The notes: generated by a model from the letters alone, not told the origin. Counted from the stretch's first letter, positions 1 to 10,158 are shown. The stretch: 37,030 nt of DNA from Desulfovibrionaceae bacterium (GCA_900770205.1 CAAGJV010000123.1:1-37030); one strand, 5' to 3'. Numbers and translations are program-made.

Positions 1-200
1 AAATATTTGATTCCGAGAACATTCCTGTTCTCAAATCGAACTCAAAGCTCTTTTTCCCAACTCGCTCTTCACTTGTCAAAGAACCGCGCCGCTTCCCCGC
101 GGCGGAGATGCTTTATGCACCAAATAAGCCCTATCGTCAAGCATATTTTCCTTATTTTTTTTAATTTTATAAAATTTATTTTCTATCTTACTGAAATTCA
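1..200 (-). promoter_or_regulatory. Probable rRNA operon promoter and leader (16S gene would lie just beyond the left edge)
   Basis: Minus strand: TTGACG (140-135), 17 bp, CATAAA (117-112); AT-rich UP-like tract at 145-200; GC-rich sequence after the -10; boxA-like GTTCTTTGACAA (84-73). No rRNA sequence is inside the window. Confidence 0.7.
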
Positions 201-226
201 TATATAAATAAAAATATATTCTTACG

Positions 227-1159
227 TTAGAAAAGCGGAATCTTACGGCGCTGCTCCATATCGGCATAAAGCTGCCTTTTCAATGCCTCAAGGCCATCGA
301 ACCGTTGTTCCTGGCGAAGCTTTGAAAGAAAGCTTACTTCAAGTTCGCAGCCGTAAATATCGGCAGAAAAATCCATAAGATGCGTTTCCAAAGTCAGTAT
401 TGTTCCATGAAACGTAGGATTTTTGCAGAAACTGGTAACAGCCATATGCCACTGACCGTCATCGAATCCATGCAAAATACGCGCCGATGTCGCATATACA
501 GCAGGAGCAACCATTGCCTGTTCGAAAGGAATATCAAGATTGGCTGTAGGTATTCCCAGAAGGGGACCTCCACGCCCTTCTCCGTGAACGACCTCCCCAC
601 GCACAGAAAAGCTTCGGCCGAGAAGATTGTTTGCCTCTTCAAGCCTGCCCTCACGCAGCGCCTTTCGGATACGGGTAGAGCTGGCGGGAACTCCATCTAT
701 CAGGACAGCATCAACCTGTGTCACCTGAGGAATACAGTCTCGCAGCCTATCTGCTCCCGCCTGATCTCTTCCCATGCGAAAGTCATAGCCAATGAATAAT
801 TCTTTTGCAGAAAGTTTATCTACAAGAATGGTGCGGCAGAATTCCCCGGACTCTGTGGCAGCCAGTTCCCTGGTAAAAGGAAGCAAAAGAACGGCATCAA
901 CACCAAGTTCTTCCATATAAGCTATGCGCTGGGCTGAAGAGCAAAGTACTTTGGGCGGACATGCCGACAATAGAGAGGCAGGATGAGGATCGAACGTGAC
1001 GGCGACAGCAGGAATCTGTAAAACGCGTGCGCGTTTTACCGTTTCACGCAGGAGAGCCTGATGCCCCAGGTGAACTCCGTCAAAATTACCGATAGTAGCG
1101 ACACAGGAATGCCACGCTCCTTTCTGGCGGAGCTCTTGAGGATTGGAGGAGAGAATCAT
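227..1159 (-). CDS. ribF: Bifunctional riboflavin kinase/FAD synthetase
   Basis: TIGNFDGVHLGHQ, SSTRIR, G-PTAN, LETHLMDF, LRQEQRF motifs. Confidence 0.96.
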   Translation of the reverse strand: MILSSNPQELRQKGAWHSCVATIGNFDGVHLGHQALLRETVKRARVLQIPAVAVTFDPHPASLLSACPPKVLCSSAQRIAYMEELGVDAVLLLPFTRELAATESGEFCRTILVDKLSAKELFIGYDFRMGRDQAGADRLRDCIPQVTQVDAVLIDGVPASSTRIRKALREGRLEEANNLLGRSFSVRGEVVHGEGRGGPLLGIPTANLDIPFEQAMVAPAVYATSARILHGFDDGQWHMAVTSFCKNPTFHGTILTLETHLMDFSADIYGCELEVSFLSKLRQEQRFDGLEALKRQLYADMEQRRKIPLF

Positions 1160-1168
1160 AAATATAAA

Positions 1169-1966
1169 TTATTTTGCAGGACTGTTTTTAAGTGCCATTT
1201 CCACAGCATCGATAAAATTATCGAGAGGAAGCGCTCCGCGCAGCACCATATTGTTTACAAGAAAATACGGAGTTCCTACAAAGCCAAGATTTTTGGCATC
1301 GGCTGCATCTCCCTGCAGCATCGCATCAATATCCGCCTCCTTGCTCTTCACAGCCGCTTCAAGAGCCTTGCTATCGAAACCAGCATCGGCAGCAATGCTT
1401 CTCATAGCAGAAAGAGGATCATCCTCCACCTGTTTCTGGCGGTCAAAGATAAGAGCATACATTTTCCAAGCCTTTGTCCTGTCCATCTGAAAGGCGGCAA
1501 TGAACCATTTTCCGGCGATTCTGCCATCTTCAGCCTTAGGGATCTGCTTGAAAACAAGCCGCAATTTTCCCGGGTAGCGCTTCATAAGATTGCTGATAGT
1601 GAACGCGGCCTGATGGCAGTAGGTACATAAAAAGTCGGAAAAGGCGACTATCGTTACAGGAGCATTATCCGATCCTCCCACAGGCCTTCCTTCCAGAGCT
1701 ACCTTCTTCGGCTGATCTATTTCCGTTTCCCACTGGCGGATAAGAACAGCCCGGCGACGTTTATCGGAACCGATCTGAACAATTTCGAGAAGTTCTTCGC
1801 TATGTTCTTTTAAAACATTCATAATAACTTCAGGATGTTCCTTCAGCAGTGCTTCCATCTGAGATGCAGCCGCACTGCTGTCAGATGCAGCCTCCGCAAA
1901 AGAAACAGACATTGCCCCGGCAGATAGAAAAAAAATCGTCAGGCATATATGATGAAAAAAAGACAT
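1169..1966 (-). CDS. DsbA-family thioredoxin-fold periplasmic protein
   Basis: Signal-peptide-like N-terminus, FSDFLCTYC (CxxC) and GTP cis-Pro motif; start placed at ATG 1966 after AAGGAG. Confidence 0.88.
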   Translation of the reverse strand: MSFFHHICLTIFFLSAGAMSVSFAEAASDSSAAASQMEALLKEHPEVIMNVLKEHSEELLEIVQIGSDKRRRAVLIRQWETEIDQPKKVALEGRPVGGSDNAPVTIVAFSDFLCTYCHQAAFTISNLMKRYPGKLRLVFKQIPKAEDGRIAGKWFIAAFQMDRTKAWKMYALIFDRQKQVEDDPLSAMRSIAADAGFDSKALEAAVKSKEADIDAMLQGDAADAKNLGFVGTPYFLVNNMVLRGALPLDNFIDAVEMALKNSPAK

Positions 1967-2049
1967 AAGCAACTCCTTTTCGGGAGAGCATAGCGTTTTC
2001 ATATCAGCCTGACAAGCTGAAGACTGACAATGCAGCAATTTCAAGAAAG

Positions 2050-2075
2050 GGAAGGGCGGTCAAAACCGCCCTTCC
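2050..2075 (-). terminator. Hairpin terminator downstream of the Re-citrate synthase-like gene
   Basis: GGAAGGGCGGT-4 nt-ACCGCCCTTCC perfect 11-bp stem, followed on the minus strand by CTTTCTT. Confidence 0.7.
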
Positions 2076-2099
2076 ATGCTGAATTATATGTTAACAGTA

Positions 2100-3923
2100 T
2101 CAGTGTTCTTCATTTTTCTCTTCTGCTTCCAGATCATCAGTATGCTTGAGAAGCTCTTCCAGCTGTATATCGCCGCAGATAACGCCAACTATTTCATCTC
2201 GTTCATCCGTCACCGCCTGGGAAACAGAGAGAATCAACGCACCGGTATACTGAGACTGATACACATCCGTAACATGCAGCTCACCATCCTGCATGGGCAT
2301 TTTAAACCATACGCGGTCGGAATAGTCGTATCCGGGCACAGGAAGATGTCCATACCTGTCAGCATTGGACTTGTCCGTCACCACGGCCTGCAGCAGCTTT
2401 CCCTTTGCATCCGTCAGCGTAATGAACTGAATATAAGGATAGTGCTCGGCAAAGCTTTGCATAGCTTTGCTTCTATCCTCGTCCGTTGGGCTGATCCGAC
2501 ACGCTTCCGCAAGACGCATCATGATTCCGGAAGCAAGCCTGCTTGCGATCTTCTTGAGTTTCTCCAGTTCTGATACAAACAGCTCCGGCATATACTGCCG
2601 GACAAGCGCCAGCATTTCCTTATTGGAAAAGGAAGTGTTTCTCCCAGCTTCATAGGCCTGCATGATGGCATTGTATATATGCCCTACGGCCGGATGCTTC
2701 TTTGTAACCTTGCGGCTCTCATCCAGTTCCAGATTGCTGTTTATCCAGTAGGCGACGCCTGCCCGGCCTGACTTATCGGTAATAATAATTGGTACGGGGC
2801 GATTAAGAATCTTTCCTGTATCGAAAATATTGTAAATTTCCTCGTTTTTGGCCAGTCCATCGACATGAACGCCGGCGCTCGTTGCATTGAAATCGCTGCC
2901 GACGAACGGATAATTCGGAGGAATGTTGTACTCCAGTTCCTTCGAAAAATACTCCGCAATTTCAGAAATCACCGTTGTGTCGGCAACATCATCATTCCCG
3001 GTAAGGGAAATGTATTCCATAACCAGCGCTTCTACAGGCGTGTTGCCCGTTCTTTCTCCAAAACCAAGAAGCGCCCCATTAACGGCTGCACAGCCGTAAA
3101 GCCATGCGGTGACGCCGTTGACCAAAACTTTGTGGAAATCATTATGCCCATGCCATTCCAGCCATTGCCCTGGCACCCCCGCCTCATCGGTAAAGGCCCG
3201 GACAATGCCCTGCACAGATCGAGGCAAAGACGCTCCCGCATACGGAACTCCAAAGCCCATGGTATCGCAAAGTCGTATTTTTACCGGCATAGAGGCCTTA
3301 TGGGCAAGCTCCATAAGGCGGGAGGCAAACGGAAGACAGAAGCCATGGATATCTGCCCTCGTAATGTCTTCAAAATGGCATCGGGGAACAATGCCCCATT
3401 CCAGAGCCTTCTCCACGATGCGCAGGTAATCATCCATGGCCTGGCGGCGAGTTTTTCCCAATTTGAGGTAAATATGATAATCGGAAACGCTGGTCAGCAT
3501 TCCTACTTCATCGAATTCCATATCTCTGGCGATGCGCAGATCATTCTCATTAGCTCTTATCCACCCTGTTACCCGCGGAAAACGATACCCACGTGCCCGA
3601 CAGGTTTCTATGGCTTTGCGGTCTTTGGCGGAATACATGAAAAATTCCGAAGCCTGGATGAAACCGCTCTTTCCTCCCAGTTTATGAAGAAGATCATAGA
3701 TATGCGCAATCTGCTTTACCGTATAGGGAGGGCGAGCCTGCTGTCCGTCGCGAAAGGTGGTGTCGGTAATAAAGCACGGATCGGCAGGGCGGGGAGCAAT
3801 AATAGTACCGTCAAAACCGATACGTCCTACCCTCGTATAGGGAAAAAGTTCGCGGTAGAGCTGAGGCATTTCCCTCTCTTCCAGATGGAGACTGCGCTCA
3901 GAGCTTTTTTTGAAAAGAATCAT
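2100..3923 (-). CDS. Re-citrate synthase-like DRE-TIM metallolyase with C-terminal Cache/PDC-like domain
   Basis: DTTFRDGQQARPPY, RCHFEDITRAD, HGHNDF, GFGERTGN; C-terminal YSDRVWF...TDVYQSQYTG...SVSQAVTDERDEIVGVICGDI resembles a Cache domain. Confidence 0.8.
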   Translation of the reverse strand: MILFKKSSERSLHLEEREMPQLYRELFPYTRVGRIGFDGTIIAPRPADPCFITDTTFRDGQQARPPYTVKQIAHIYDLLHKLGGKSGFIQASEFFMYSAKDRKAIETCRARGYRFPRVTGWIRANENDLRIARDMEFDEVGMLTSVSDYHIYLKLGKTRRQAMDDYLRIVEKALEWGIVPRCHFEDITRADIHGFCLPFASRLMELAHKASMPVKIRLCDTMGFGVPYAGASLPRSVQGIVRAFTDEAGVPGQWLEWHGHNDFHKVLVNGVTAWLYGCAAVNGALLGFGERTGNTPVEALVMEYISLTGNDDVADTTVISEIAEYFSKELEYNIPPNYPFVGSDFNATSAGVHVDGLAKNEEIYNIFDTGKILNRPVPIIITDKSGRAGVAYWINSNLELDESRKVTKKHPAVGHIYNAIMQAYEAGRNTSFSNKEMLALVRQYMPELFVSELEKLKKIASRLASGIMMRLAEACRISPTDEDRSKAMQSFAEHYPYIQFITLTDAKGKLLQAVVTDKSNADRYGHLPVPGYDYSDRVWFKMPMQDGELHVTDVYQSQYTGALILSVSQAVTDERDEIVGVICGDIQLEELLKHTDDLEAEEKNEEH

Positions 3924-4360
3924 TGTACCTCCGGTATACCTTAACTCTCACCCCCGCTTAAGGAGGAAAGCATATCCTATCTTTTTATCCTGAAAAAATA
4001 AAGTATTATGCCAATGATGTCTTTTTTTCTCTTCTTATTTTCTTAAACGCTTTCATCAAAAATTAAATATAGCCCACCCCTGAGATTGTTCTTTTTTTCT
4101 TTTATTCGCTTTCCTTTATTTTTTTTCAAAAAAAAGAAGGTATATCTTTTTATTATTATATATCAATGAGATAGAAGAATACCAAAAAGATGTTTCTCTC
4201 TCCCCACTTCTATGGAGAATTTTTCAACTCCTTTTTTTTAACAAATTTTCCATTTTAAAAAAGCTTTTTTTTATTTTACTTATTGAAAATACTATTTATT
4301 TTATTTTTCTGAAACTTTTGGCATCCGAACTGATTGTGAATAGAGCCAGAGCTATTGTGC

Positions 4361-4389
4361 TTGGCCTGAAAATAAGATATGTCTAAAAA
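4361..4389 (+). promoter_or_regulatory. Candidate sigma70 promoter for dsrA
   Basis: TTGGCC-17 bp-TAAAAA downstream of a long AT-rich intergenic tract; imperfect consensus. Confidence 0.35.
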
Positions 4390-4536
4390 AGACACTGTAA
4401 GGCCGGGCTACCTTCGTGCTCTCGCACATCCGGCCAGAGTTAGTGTATCAGGGGTCGCTCTGTCTGAAAGGAATGTTTTCCGGCTCATTGGTTGGCAAAG
4501 CGACAGACCCATAATCAACCATGTGGAGGTAAGGCA

Positions 4537-5850
4537 ATGGCGAAACATGCAACCCCCCTGTTGGACCAGCTCGAATCCGGGCCCTGGCCCAGCTTTGTAT
4601 CTGATATCAAGCAGCTTGCCGAGAGCAGAGCCAAGAACGCTCAGGGCTTGGATTATCAGATTCCCACTGATGCTCCCGAGGATCTTCTGGGCATCATGGA
4701 ACTTTCCTATGAAGAAAAGGAAACCCACTGGAAGCACGGCGGCATCGTCGGCGTGTTCGGTTACGGCGGCGGCGTTATCGGCCGTTACTGCGACCAGCCC
4801 GAAAAGTTCCCCGGCGTGGCCCATTTCCATACCGTCCGTGTGGCACAGCCTTCCGGTAAGTTCTACAGCACCGAATACCTGCGCGGCATCTGCGATATCT
4901 GGGATCTCCGCGGTTCCGGTCTGACCAACCTGCACGGTTCCACCGGCGACATGGTGCTCATCGGCACCCAGACTCCTCAGCTCGAAGAAATCTTCTACGA
5001 ACTGACCCACAAAATGGACGTCGACCTCGGCGGTTCCGGCTCCAACCTGCGTACGCCCGCTGCCTGCATGGGTATGTCCCGCTGCGAATACGCCTGCTAC
5101 AACACCCAGCTCGCCTGCTATCAGCTGACTCAGGACTACCAGGACGAACTCCATCGCCCTGCTTTCCCCTACAAGTTCAAGTTTAAATTCGACGGCTGCC
5201 CCAACGGCTGCGTTGCCGCCATGGCCCGTTCCGACTTCGCCGTCATCGGCACCTGGAAAGACGACATCAAGATCGACCAGGAAGCCGTGAAGGCCTATGT
5301 TGCCGGAGAATTCGCTCCCAACGCCGGCGCCCATTCCGGCCGCGACTGGGGCAAGTTCGACCTGCAGAAAGAAGTCATCGACCTCTGCCCTGGCCACTGC
5401 ATGAGCTGGGACGGCAGCAAGCTTTCCATTGACACCGCCAACTGCGTGCGTTGCATGCACTGCATCAACACCATGCCTCGCGCTCTGCACATTGGTGACG
5501 ACCGCGGCGCTTCCATCCTCGTTGGCGCCAAGGCTCCTATCCTCGATGGCGCCCAAATGGGCTCCCTGCTCGTTCCCTTCATTCCTGCGGAAGAACCCTT
5601 CGACGAAATCAAGTCCGTCATCGAAAAGATCTGGGACTGGTGGATGGAAGAAGGCAAGAACCGTGAACGTGTTGGTGAAACCATCAAGCGTCTCTCCTTC
5701 CAGAAGCTGCTTGAAGTGACCGAAATTCCGGCCATTCCTCAGCACGTCATCGAGCCCCGCACGAACCCCTACATTCTCTTCAAGGAAGAGGAAGTGCCCG
5801 GCGGCTGGACCCGTGACATCGCTGCTTACCGTCAGCGTCACCTGCGCTAA
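4537..5850 (+). CDS. dsrA: Dissimilatory sulfite reductase alpha subunit
   Basis: MAKHATPLLDQLESGPWPSFV, THWKHGGIVGVFGYGGG, siroheme/Fe-S CxxxxxC and GCPNGC motifs; GGAGG RBS before ATG 4537. Confidence 0.99.
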   Translation: MAKHATPLLDQLESGPWPSFVSDIKQLAESRAKNAQGLDYQIPTDAPEDLLGIMELSYEEKETHWKHGGIVGVFGYGGGVIGRYCDQPEKFPGVAHFHTVRVAQPSGKFYSTEYLRGICDIWDLRGSGLTNLHGSTGDMVLIGTQTPQLEEIFYELTHKMDVDLGGSGSNLRTPAACMGMSRCEYACYNTQLACYQLTQDYQDELHRPAFPYKFKFKFDGCPNGCVAAMARSDFAVIGTWKDDIKIDQEAVKAYVAGEFAPNAGAHSGRDWGKFDLQKEVIDLCPGHCMSWDGSKLSIDTANCVRCMHCINTMPRALHIGDDRGASILVGAKAPILDGAQMGSLLVPFIPAEEPFDEIKSVIEKIWDWWMEEGKNRERVGETIKRLSFQKLLEVTEIPAIPQHVIEPRTNPYILFKEEEVPGGWTRDIAAYRQRHLR

Positions 5851-5868
5851 TCAGAGAGGAGAGCAAAA

Positions 5869-7323
5869 ATGGCTTTTATTTCTTCCGGTTACAATCCTGC
5901 AAAACCCATGGAAGGTCGTATCTCCGATATCGGACCCCGCAAGTACGACTCCTTCTTCCCTGAGGTCATTGCCAAGAACTTCGGCAAGTGGCTCTACCAC
6001 GAAATTCTGGAACCCGGCGTGCTCGTGCACGTGGCCGAAAGCGGCGACAAGGTCTACACCGTTCGCTGCGGCGGCGCCCGTACCATGACCACCGTGCATA
6101 TCCGCGAAATCTGCGAAATCGCCGACAAGTACTGTGAAGGACATGTGCGTTTCACCACGCGTAACAACATTGAATTCATGGTGACCGATCCTGAAGTGCT
6201 CAAGGCCCTGAAGGAAGACCTGGCTTCCCGCAAGTTCCCCGGCGGATCCTACAAGTTCCCCATCGGCGGCACCGGTGCCGGCGTTACCAACATCGTCCAT
6301 ACCCAGGGCTGGCTGCACTGCCACACCCCCGCCACCGACGCCTCCGGCCCGGTTAAGGCTCTTATGGACGCCGTGTTCTCCGACTTCCAGGATCATCGCC
6401 TGCCCGCCCCTGTGCGTATCTCCCTGGCTTGCTGCCTCAACATGTGCGGCGCCGTGCATGTCTCCGATATCGGTATCGTCGGCATCCACCGCAAGCCTCC
6501 GATGATCGACCAGGAATGGGTCGACCAGCTCTGCGAAATTCCTCTGGCTGTTGCCGCCTGCCCCGTGGCCGCCGTGCGTCCCGCCAAGGAAGAAGTTAAC
6601 GGACAGAAGGTCAATACCGTAGCCATCAAGAAAGAACGCTGCATGTACTGCGGTAACTGCTACACCATGTGCCCCGCCCTGCCCATCTCCGATGGCGAAG
6701 GTGACGGTGTGCTCATCATGGTCGGCGGCAAGATCTCCAACCGTATCAGCCGTCCTAAGTTCTCCAAGGTCGTGGTTTCCTACATCGAAAACGAACCGCC
6801 CCGCTGGCCTACGCTGTGCGCTACTGTGAAGCGTATCCTCGATGTATACGCCGAAAACGCCAATAAGTATGAACGCCTTGGCGACTGGGCCGAACGTATC
6901 GGCTGGGAAAAGTTCTTTGAACTCACCGATCTGGAATTCACGCCTCAGCTCATCGATGACTTCCGTGAACAGGCCTACTTCAGCTGGCGTCAGTCCACCC
7001 AGTTCAAGTTCTCTGAACTGGCTGCTGAAGCCTACAAGGGCGCCGAAGCTCACGCCGAAGTCTCCAACGCCGGCGTTACCGAAGAAGACAAGACTCTTGT
7101 GTACAACTGGCTGGTTGAAAAGACCAGCAAGCCCGGTGCCAAGACAAAGTTCTACTTCAACCAGTTCCTTGAACTGTTCCCCGGCGCCAGCCCCCGCAAG
7201 GTCAAGAACGTCCTCACCGCTCTGGTTGACGATGAAAAGGTGGCTTACTGGTCCTCCGGTTCCACCACCATGTACGGCCTCAAGGGCGCCGGCAAGCAGG
7301 GTGCTACGGAAGAAGGCGAATAA
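5869..7323 (+). CDS. dsrB: Dissimilatory sulfite reductase beta subunit fused in frame to DsrD
   Basis: [10 protein letters not shown] start, [19 protein letters not shown]; DsrB-type end WRQSTQFKF at residue 381, then a linker and DsrD motifs KTKFYF and [14 protein letters not shown]. Confidence 0.98.
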   Translation: MAFISSGYNPAKPMEGRISDIGPRKYDSFFPEVIAKNFGKWLYHEILEPGVLVHVAESGDKVYTVRCGGARTMTTVHIREICEIADKYCEGHVRFTTRNNIEFMVTDPEVLKALKEDLASRKFPGGSYKFPIGGTGAGVTNIVHTQGWLHCHTPATDASGPVKALMDAVFSDFQDHRLPAPVRISLACCLNMCGAVHVSDIGIVGIHRKPPMIDQEWVDQLCEIPLAVAACPVAAVRPAKEEVNGQKVNTVAIKKERCMYCGNCYTMCPALPISDGEGDGVLIMVGGKISNRISRPKFSKVVVSYIENEPPRWPTLCATVKRILDVYAENANKYERLGDWAERIGWEKFFELTDLEFTPQLIDDFREQAYFSWRQSTQFKFSELAAEAYKGAEAHAEVSNAGVTEEDKTLVYNWLVEKTSKPGAKTKFYFNQFLELFPGASPRKVKNVLTALVDDEKVAYWSSGSTTMYGLKGAGKQGATEEGE

Positions 7324-7383
7324 TATATCGCCCCGCTGCAGGCATGCCCTGCAGCACTTGTAGCATTGCTATTCCGGAATCTT

Positions 7384-7416
7384 AAGGGGAAGAACTTTCG
7401 GGTTCTTCCCCTTTTT
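7384..7416 (+). terminator. Intrinsic terminator after dsrB-D
   Basis: AAGGGGAAGAAC-tttcgg-GTTCTTCCCCTT stem with TTCG loop and T-run. Confidence 0.85.
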
Positions 7417-7441
7417 ACATTCTCTCCCACCTCTCCGTTCC

Positions 7442-8872
7442 ATGCAGCAGGCAAGAATCGTTATTTCCGGGCTTTCCGGCGGAAGCGGCAAGACGCTGGT
7501 TTCCCTTGGCTTATCACGCCTTTTCACCATGCGAGGGTATAGGGTGCAGGCATGTAAAAAAGGGCCAGACTATATCGATTATGCCTGGCTGGCCCTTGCT
7601 TCAAAACGACCTGCATTCTGCCTCGATCCTTACTTCCTCAGTGATACCGAGCTCCTCGCTCAATTTTGCCGCATCTGCGCAAAACATCCCTCTGATATTG
7701 CCATCATAGAAGGAAACAGGGGGATTTTTGATGGCCGCGACAGGGAAGGCTCCTGTTCCACAGCTCATGTAGCCCGCCTTCTGCGATCCCCTGTCATCCT
7801 GACGATGAACTGCGCCAAAATGACGCGCACGGCAGCCGCCATCGTTTCCGGCATCGCACATTTCGAGTCTGATCTGCATCTTTCCGGCGTGATTCTCAAT
7901 AATGTGGCCGGTACACGCCATGGAAGAATGCTGCGTCAGGCTATAGAAGCCTATACCGACATCCCCGTTCTCGGTATCCTTCCCCGCCTTGAGGAAAATC
8001 CTCTTCCAGAAAGGCATATGGGGCTTTCACTGGATGCAGAATCCGGTCTTTCCCATGATACCGCACTCGATCATCTGGCAGAGATTGCCGCAGAACATAT
8101 TAATACAGAAACTGTCTTTTCCCTTGCATCTTCCGCTCCGCCGCTTTCCTATGCAGAAAAGCAGGAAGATGCTTCTTCTGTGCCTCTCCACAGGCCATGC
8201 ATCGGCTATGTGAGGGATAAGGCATTCTGGTTCTATTACCAGGAAAATCTGGATGCGCTCCAGGAAGCAGGCGCTGATCTTATCCAGCTGGACATGTTCT
8301 CCCCCTCCCCCTGGCCTCATATAGACGGACTCTATCTAGGAGGCGGATACCCGGAACTTTTTGCTGAAGAACTCAGCTCTTCCCCTCACCTCGCAGAAAT
8401 CAAAAATTTTGCTCTTTCCGGGCTCCCGGTCTATGCCGAATGCGGCGGCTTTATGCTTCTTGGAAAAGCTCTTCTTCTTAATGACAAAACCTTCCCCATG
8501 GCCGGGGTGTTTCCTTCTCAGCCGCGATTTTACAAACACCCGCAGGGGCTTGGCTATGTTACGGCAAAGGTTATCGCCGAAAACCCGTTTCACCCCATGC
8601 ATTCCGTATGGAAGGGGCATGAATTCCACTATTCCCGCTGTGAATGGCAGAAGGAAGCTCTCCCCTCATGCTGCCTTGAACTCTCTCCGGGAAAGGGCAT
8701 GTATGAAAAATCAGGCCGCTCTTACGATGGCCTGCTCTGCGGCAACACCTTTGCCAGCTGGACACACCTTTTCGCACCGGCTGTGCCGCACTGGGCAAAA
8801 AACTTTGTGCTGGCCTGCAATAAAAAATCTGACAACTGCGCATGTTCTGCACGGCTTGCCCAAACGTATTAA
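7442..8872 (+). CDS. dsrN: Cobyrinate a,c-diamide synthase family protein (siroheme amidase DsrN by context)
   Basis: [50 protein letters not shown]; directly downstream of dsrABD. Confidence 0.88.
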   Translation: MQQARIVISGLSGGSGKTLVSLGLSRLFTMRGYRVQACKKGPDYIDYAWLALASKRPAFCLDPYFLSDTELLAQFCRICAKHPSDIAIIEGNRGIFDGRDREGSCSTAHVARLLRSPVILTMNCAKMTRTAAAIVSGIAHFESDLHLSGVILNNVAGTRHGRMLRQAIEAYTDIPVLGILPRLEENPLPERHMGLSLDAESGLSHDTALDHLAEIAAEHINTETVFSLASSAPPLSYAEKQEDASSVPLHRPCIGYVRDKAFWFYYQENLDALQEAGADLIQLDMFSPSPWPHIDGLYLGGGYPELFAEELSSSPHLAEIKNFALSGLPVYAECGGFMLLGKALLLNDKTFPMAGVFPSQPRFYKHPQGLGYVTAKVIAENPFHPMHSVWKGHEFHYSRCEWQKEALPSCCLELSPGKGMYEKSGRSYDGLLCGNTFASWTHLFAPAVPHWAKNFVLACNKKSDNCACSARLAQTY

Positions 8873-9705
8873 TCTTTCCCGGAAAGCGCTCTTTCTATGT
8901 TGGCAAAGGCATTATGCCCGTGTATGGACTCAAAGCTCTCCACCTCAACGCGATACCATGTTATATGCGGATGTTTTTCCAATTCTGATGCAACGTTGCG
9001 AACGACATCCTCAACGAACAGAGCGTGTTCATAGGCTTCTTCTGTCACATATTTTTCATCGGTTCTCTTAAGAAGCGTATAAATGGGAGCGGAACCTGAA
9101 GCTTCTGCAATATCTATGAATCCTTCGAGCCACTCAAAACGGCTCATGCGCAGGCTCATGCGTACCACGGCTCGCTGCCCATGCGCCCCTGCTTTGCTGA
9201 TGGCTTTGGAACAGGGGCATACCGTAGTCACGGGAACTTCCAGATCAAGAAGAAAACGAGGCCCCTCCTGCCCTTTTTCCATCTCGCCCATAAGGCTGCA
9301 GTAATAGCGTACAGGAGCCGGCCGTCCGGAAACAGGGGCTTTTTTTGCACGAAAATATGGAAAAGAGAACTTTGCGTAAGAGCGGTGCGCATCAAGTCTG
9401 GAAAGGATATCGCTAAGCAGTCTTTTCATGGAGGCATAATCGAGTTTTTCCGCACTGCTTTCCCGCCAGTTTTCCAAAGCCTCCACAAAGCGGCTCATGT
9501 GCGTTCCCTTAAAAGCCGCAGGAAGGTCAACCCCCATATCTACGCTGGCTACGGTATGCTGATGACCGTTATCGCGGTCTTTAACGACAAGAGGGAGCTC
9601 TACCTGCTTAACACCGACTCTGTCGATATCAAGAGCAACGCTGGCAGGAGAACTCTGCACATCTATGAGAGCATGCCCCTTCCCAGATTCTGAAATCAAA
9701 TTCAT
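8869..9705 (-). CDS. folE2: GTP cyclohydrolase IB
   Basis: [56 protein letters not shown]. Confidence 0.96.
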   Translation of the reverse strand: MNLISESGKGHALIDVQSSPASVALDIDRVGVKQVELPLVVKDRDNGHQHTVASVDMGVDLPAAFKGTHMSRFVEALENWRESSAEKLDYASMKRLLSDILSRLDAHRSYAKFSFPYFRAKKAPVSGRPAPVRYYCSLMGEMEKGQEGPRFLLDLEVPVTTVCPCSKAISKAGAHGQRAVVRMSLRMSRFEWLEGFIDIAEASGSAPIYTLLKRTDEKYVTEEAYEHALFVEDVVRNVASELEKHPHITWYRVEVESFESIHGHNAFANIERALSGKD

Positions 9706-9714
9706 AGATATTCC

Positions 9715-10158
9715 TTATACATGATCATGGCCCGCATGCGCTTCACAAGAAGCATCTATCGCCGTGAGAGCACAGGAGCTCTGAAGTATTCCCTTCGAAG
9801 AACGAATTCTGTCGGCAAGAGCGTTCACCTCTGCAGCCCGCCCGCGCAGGAACATACTTTCCAGGCAGTGCTGCTCATCGAGATGAACATGCATGGTGGC
9901 TATGACCATGCCATGCGATTCATGCTGAAGGGCTGTAAGTCTGCCAGGAAGATCGTTATCGTGGTGATCGTAGAGCAACGTCAGCACGCCGGCAACAAGA
10001 GCCTCGGGGGAAGATGCAATCTCTTCCGCAAGTTCTCTGCGTATACAATGGCGAAGAGCTTCGGAGCGATTGGCAAAACCCTTGCGCTTTGCGTGAATAT
10101 CGAAAGCGGCAAGCAGTTCCTGTTCCAGCGAAACGCCGAAGCGTACAAGTTCGTTCAT
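9715..10158 (-). CDS. nikR: Nickel-responsive transcriptional regulator
   Basis: RFGVSL ribbon-helix-helix, NRSEA, YDHH, HVHLDEQHCLE. Confidence 0.95.
   Translation of the reverse strand: MNELVRFGVSLEQELLAAFDIHAKRKGFANRSEALRHCIRRELAEEIASSPEALVAGVLTLLYDHHDNDLPGRLTALQHESHGMVIATMHVHLDEQHCLESMFLRGRAAEVNALADRIRSSKGILQSSCALTAIDASCEAHAGHDHV

Noticed and set aside
7..267. Small ORFs at the left edge
   Set aside because: AT-rich promoter/leader sequence with no coding signal
4408..7053. Long antisense ORFs (477 aa, 400 aa) opposite dsrA and dsrB
   Set aside because: Shadow frames caused by strong codon bias of the sense genes; no recognisable motifs
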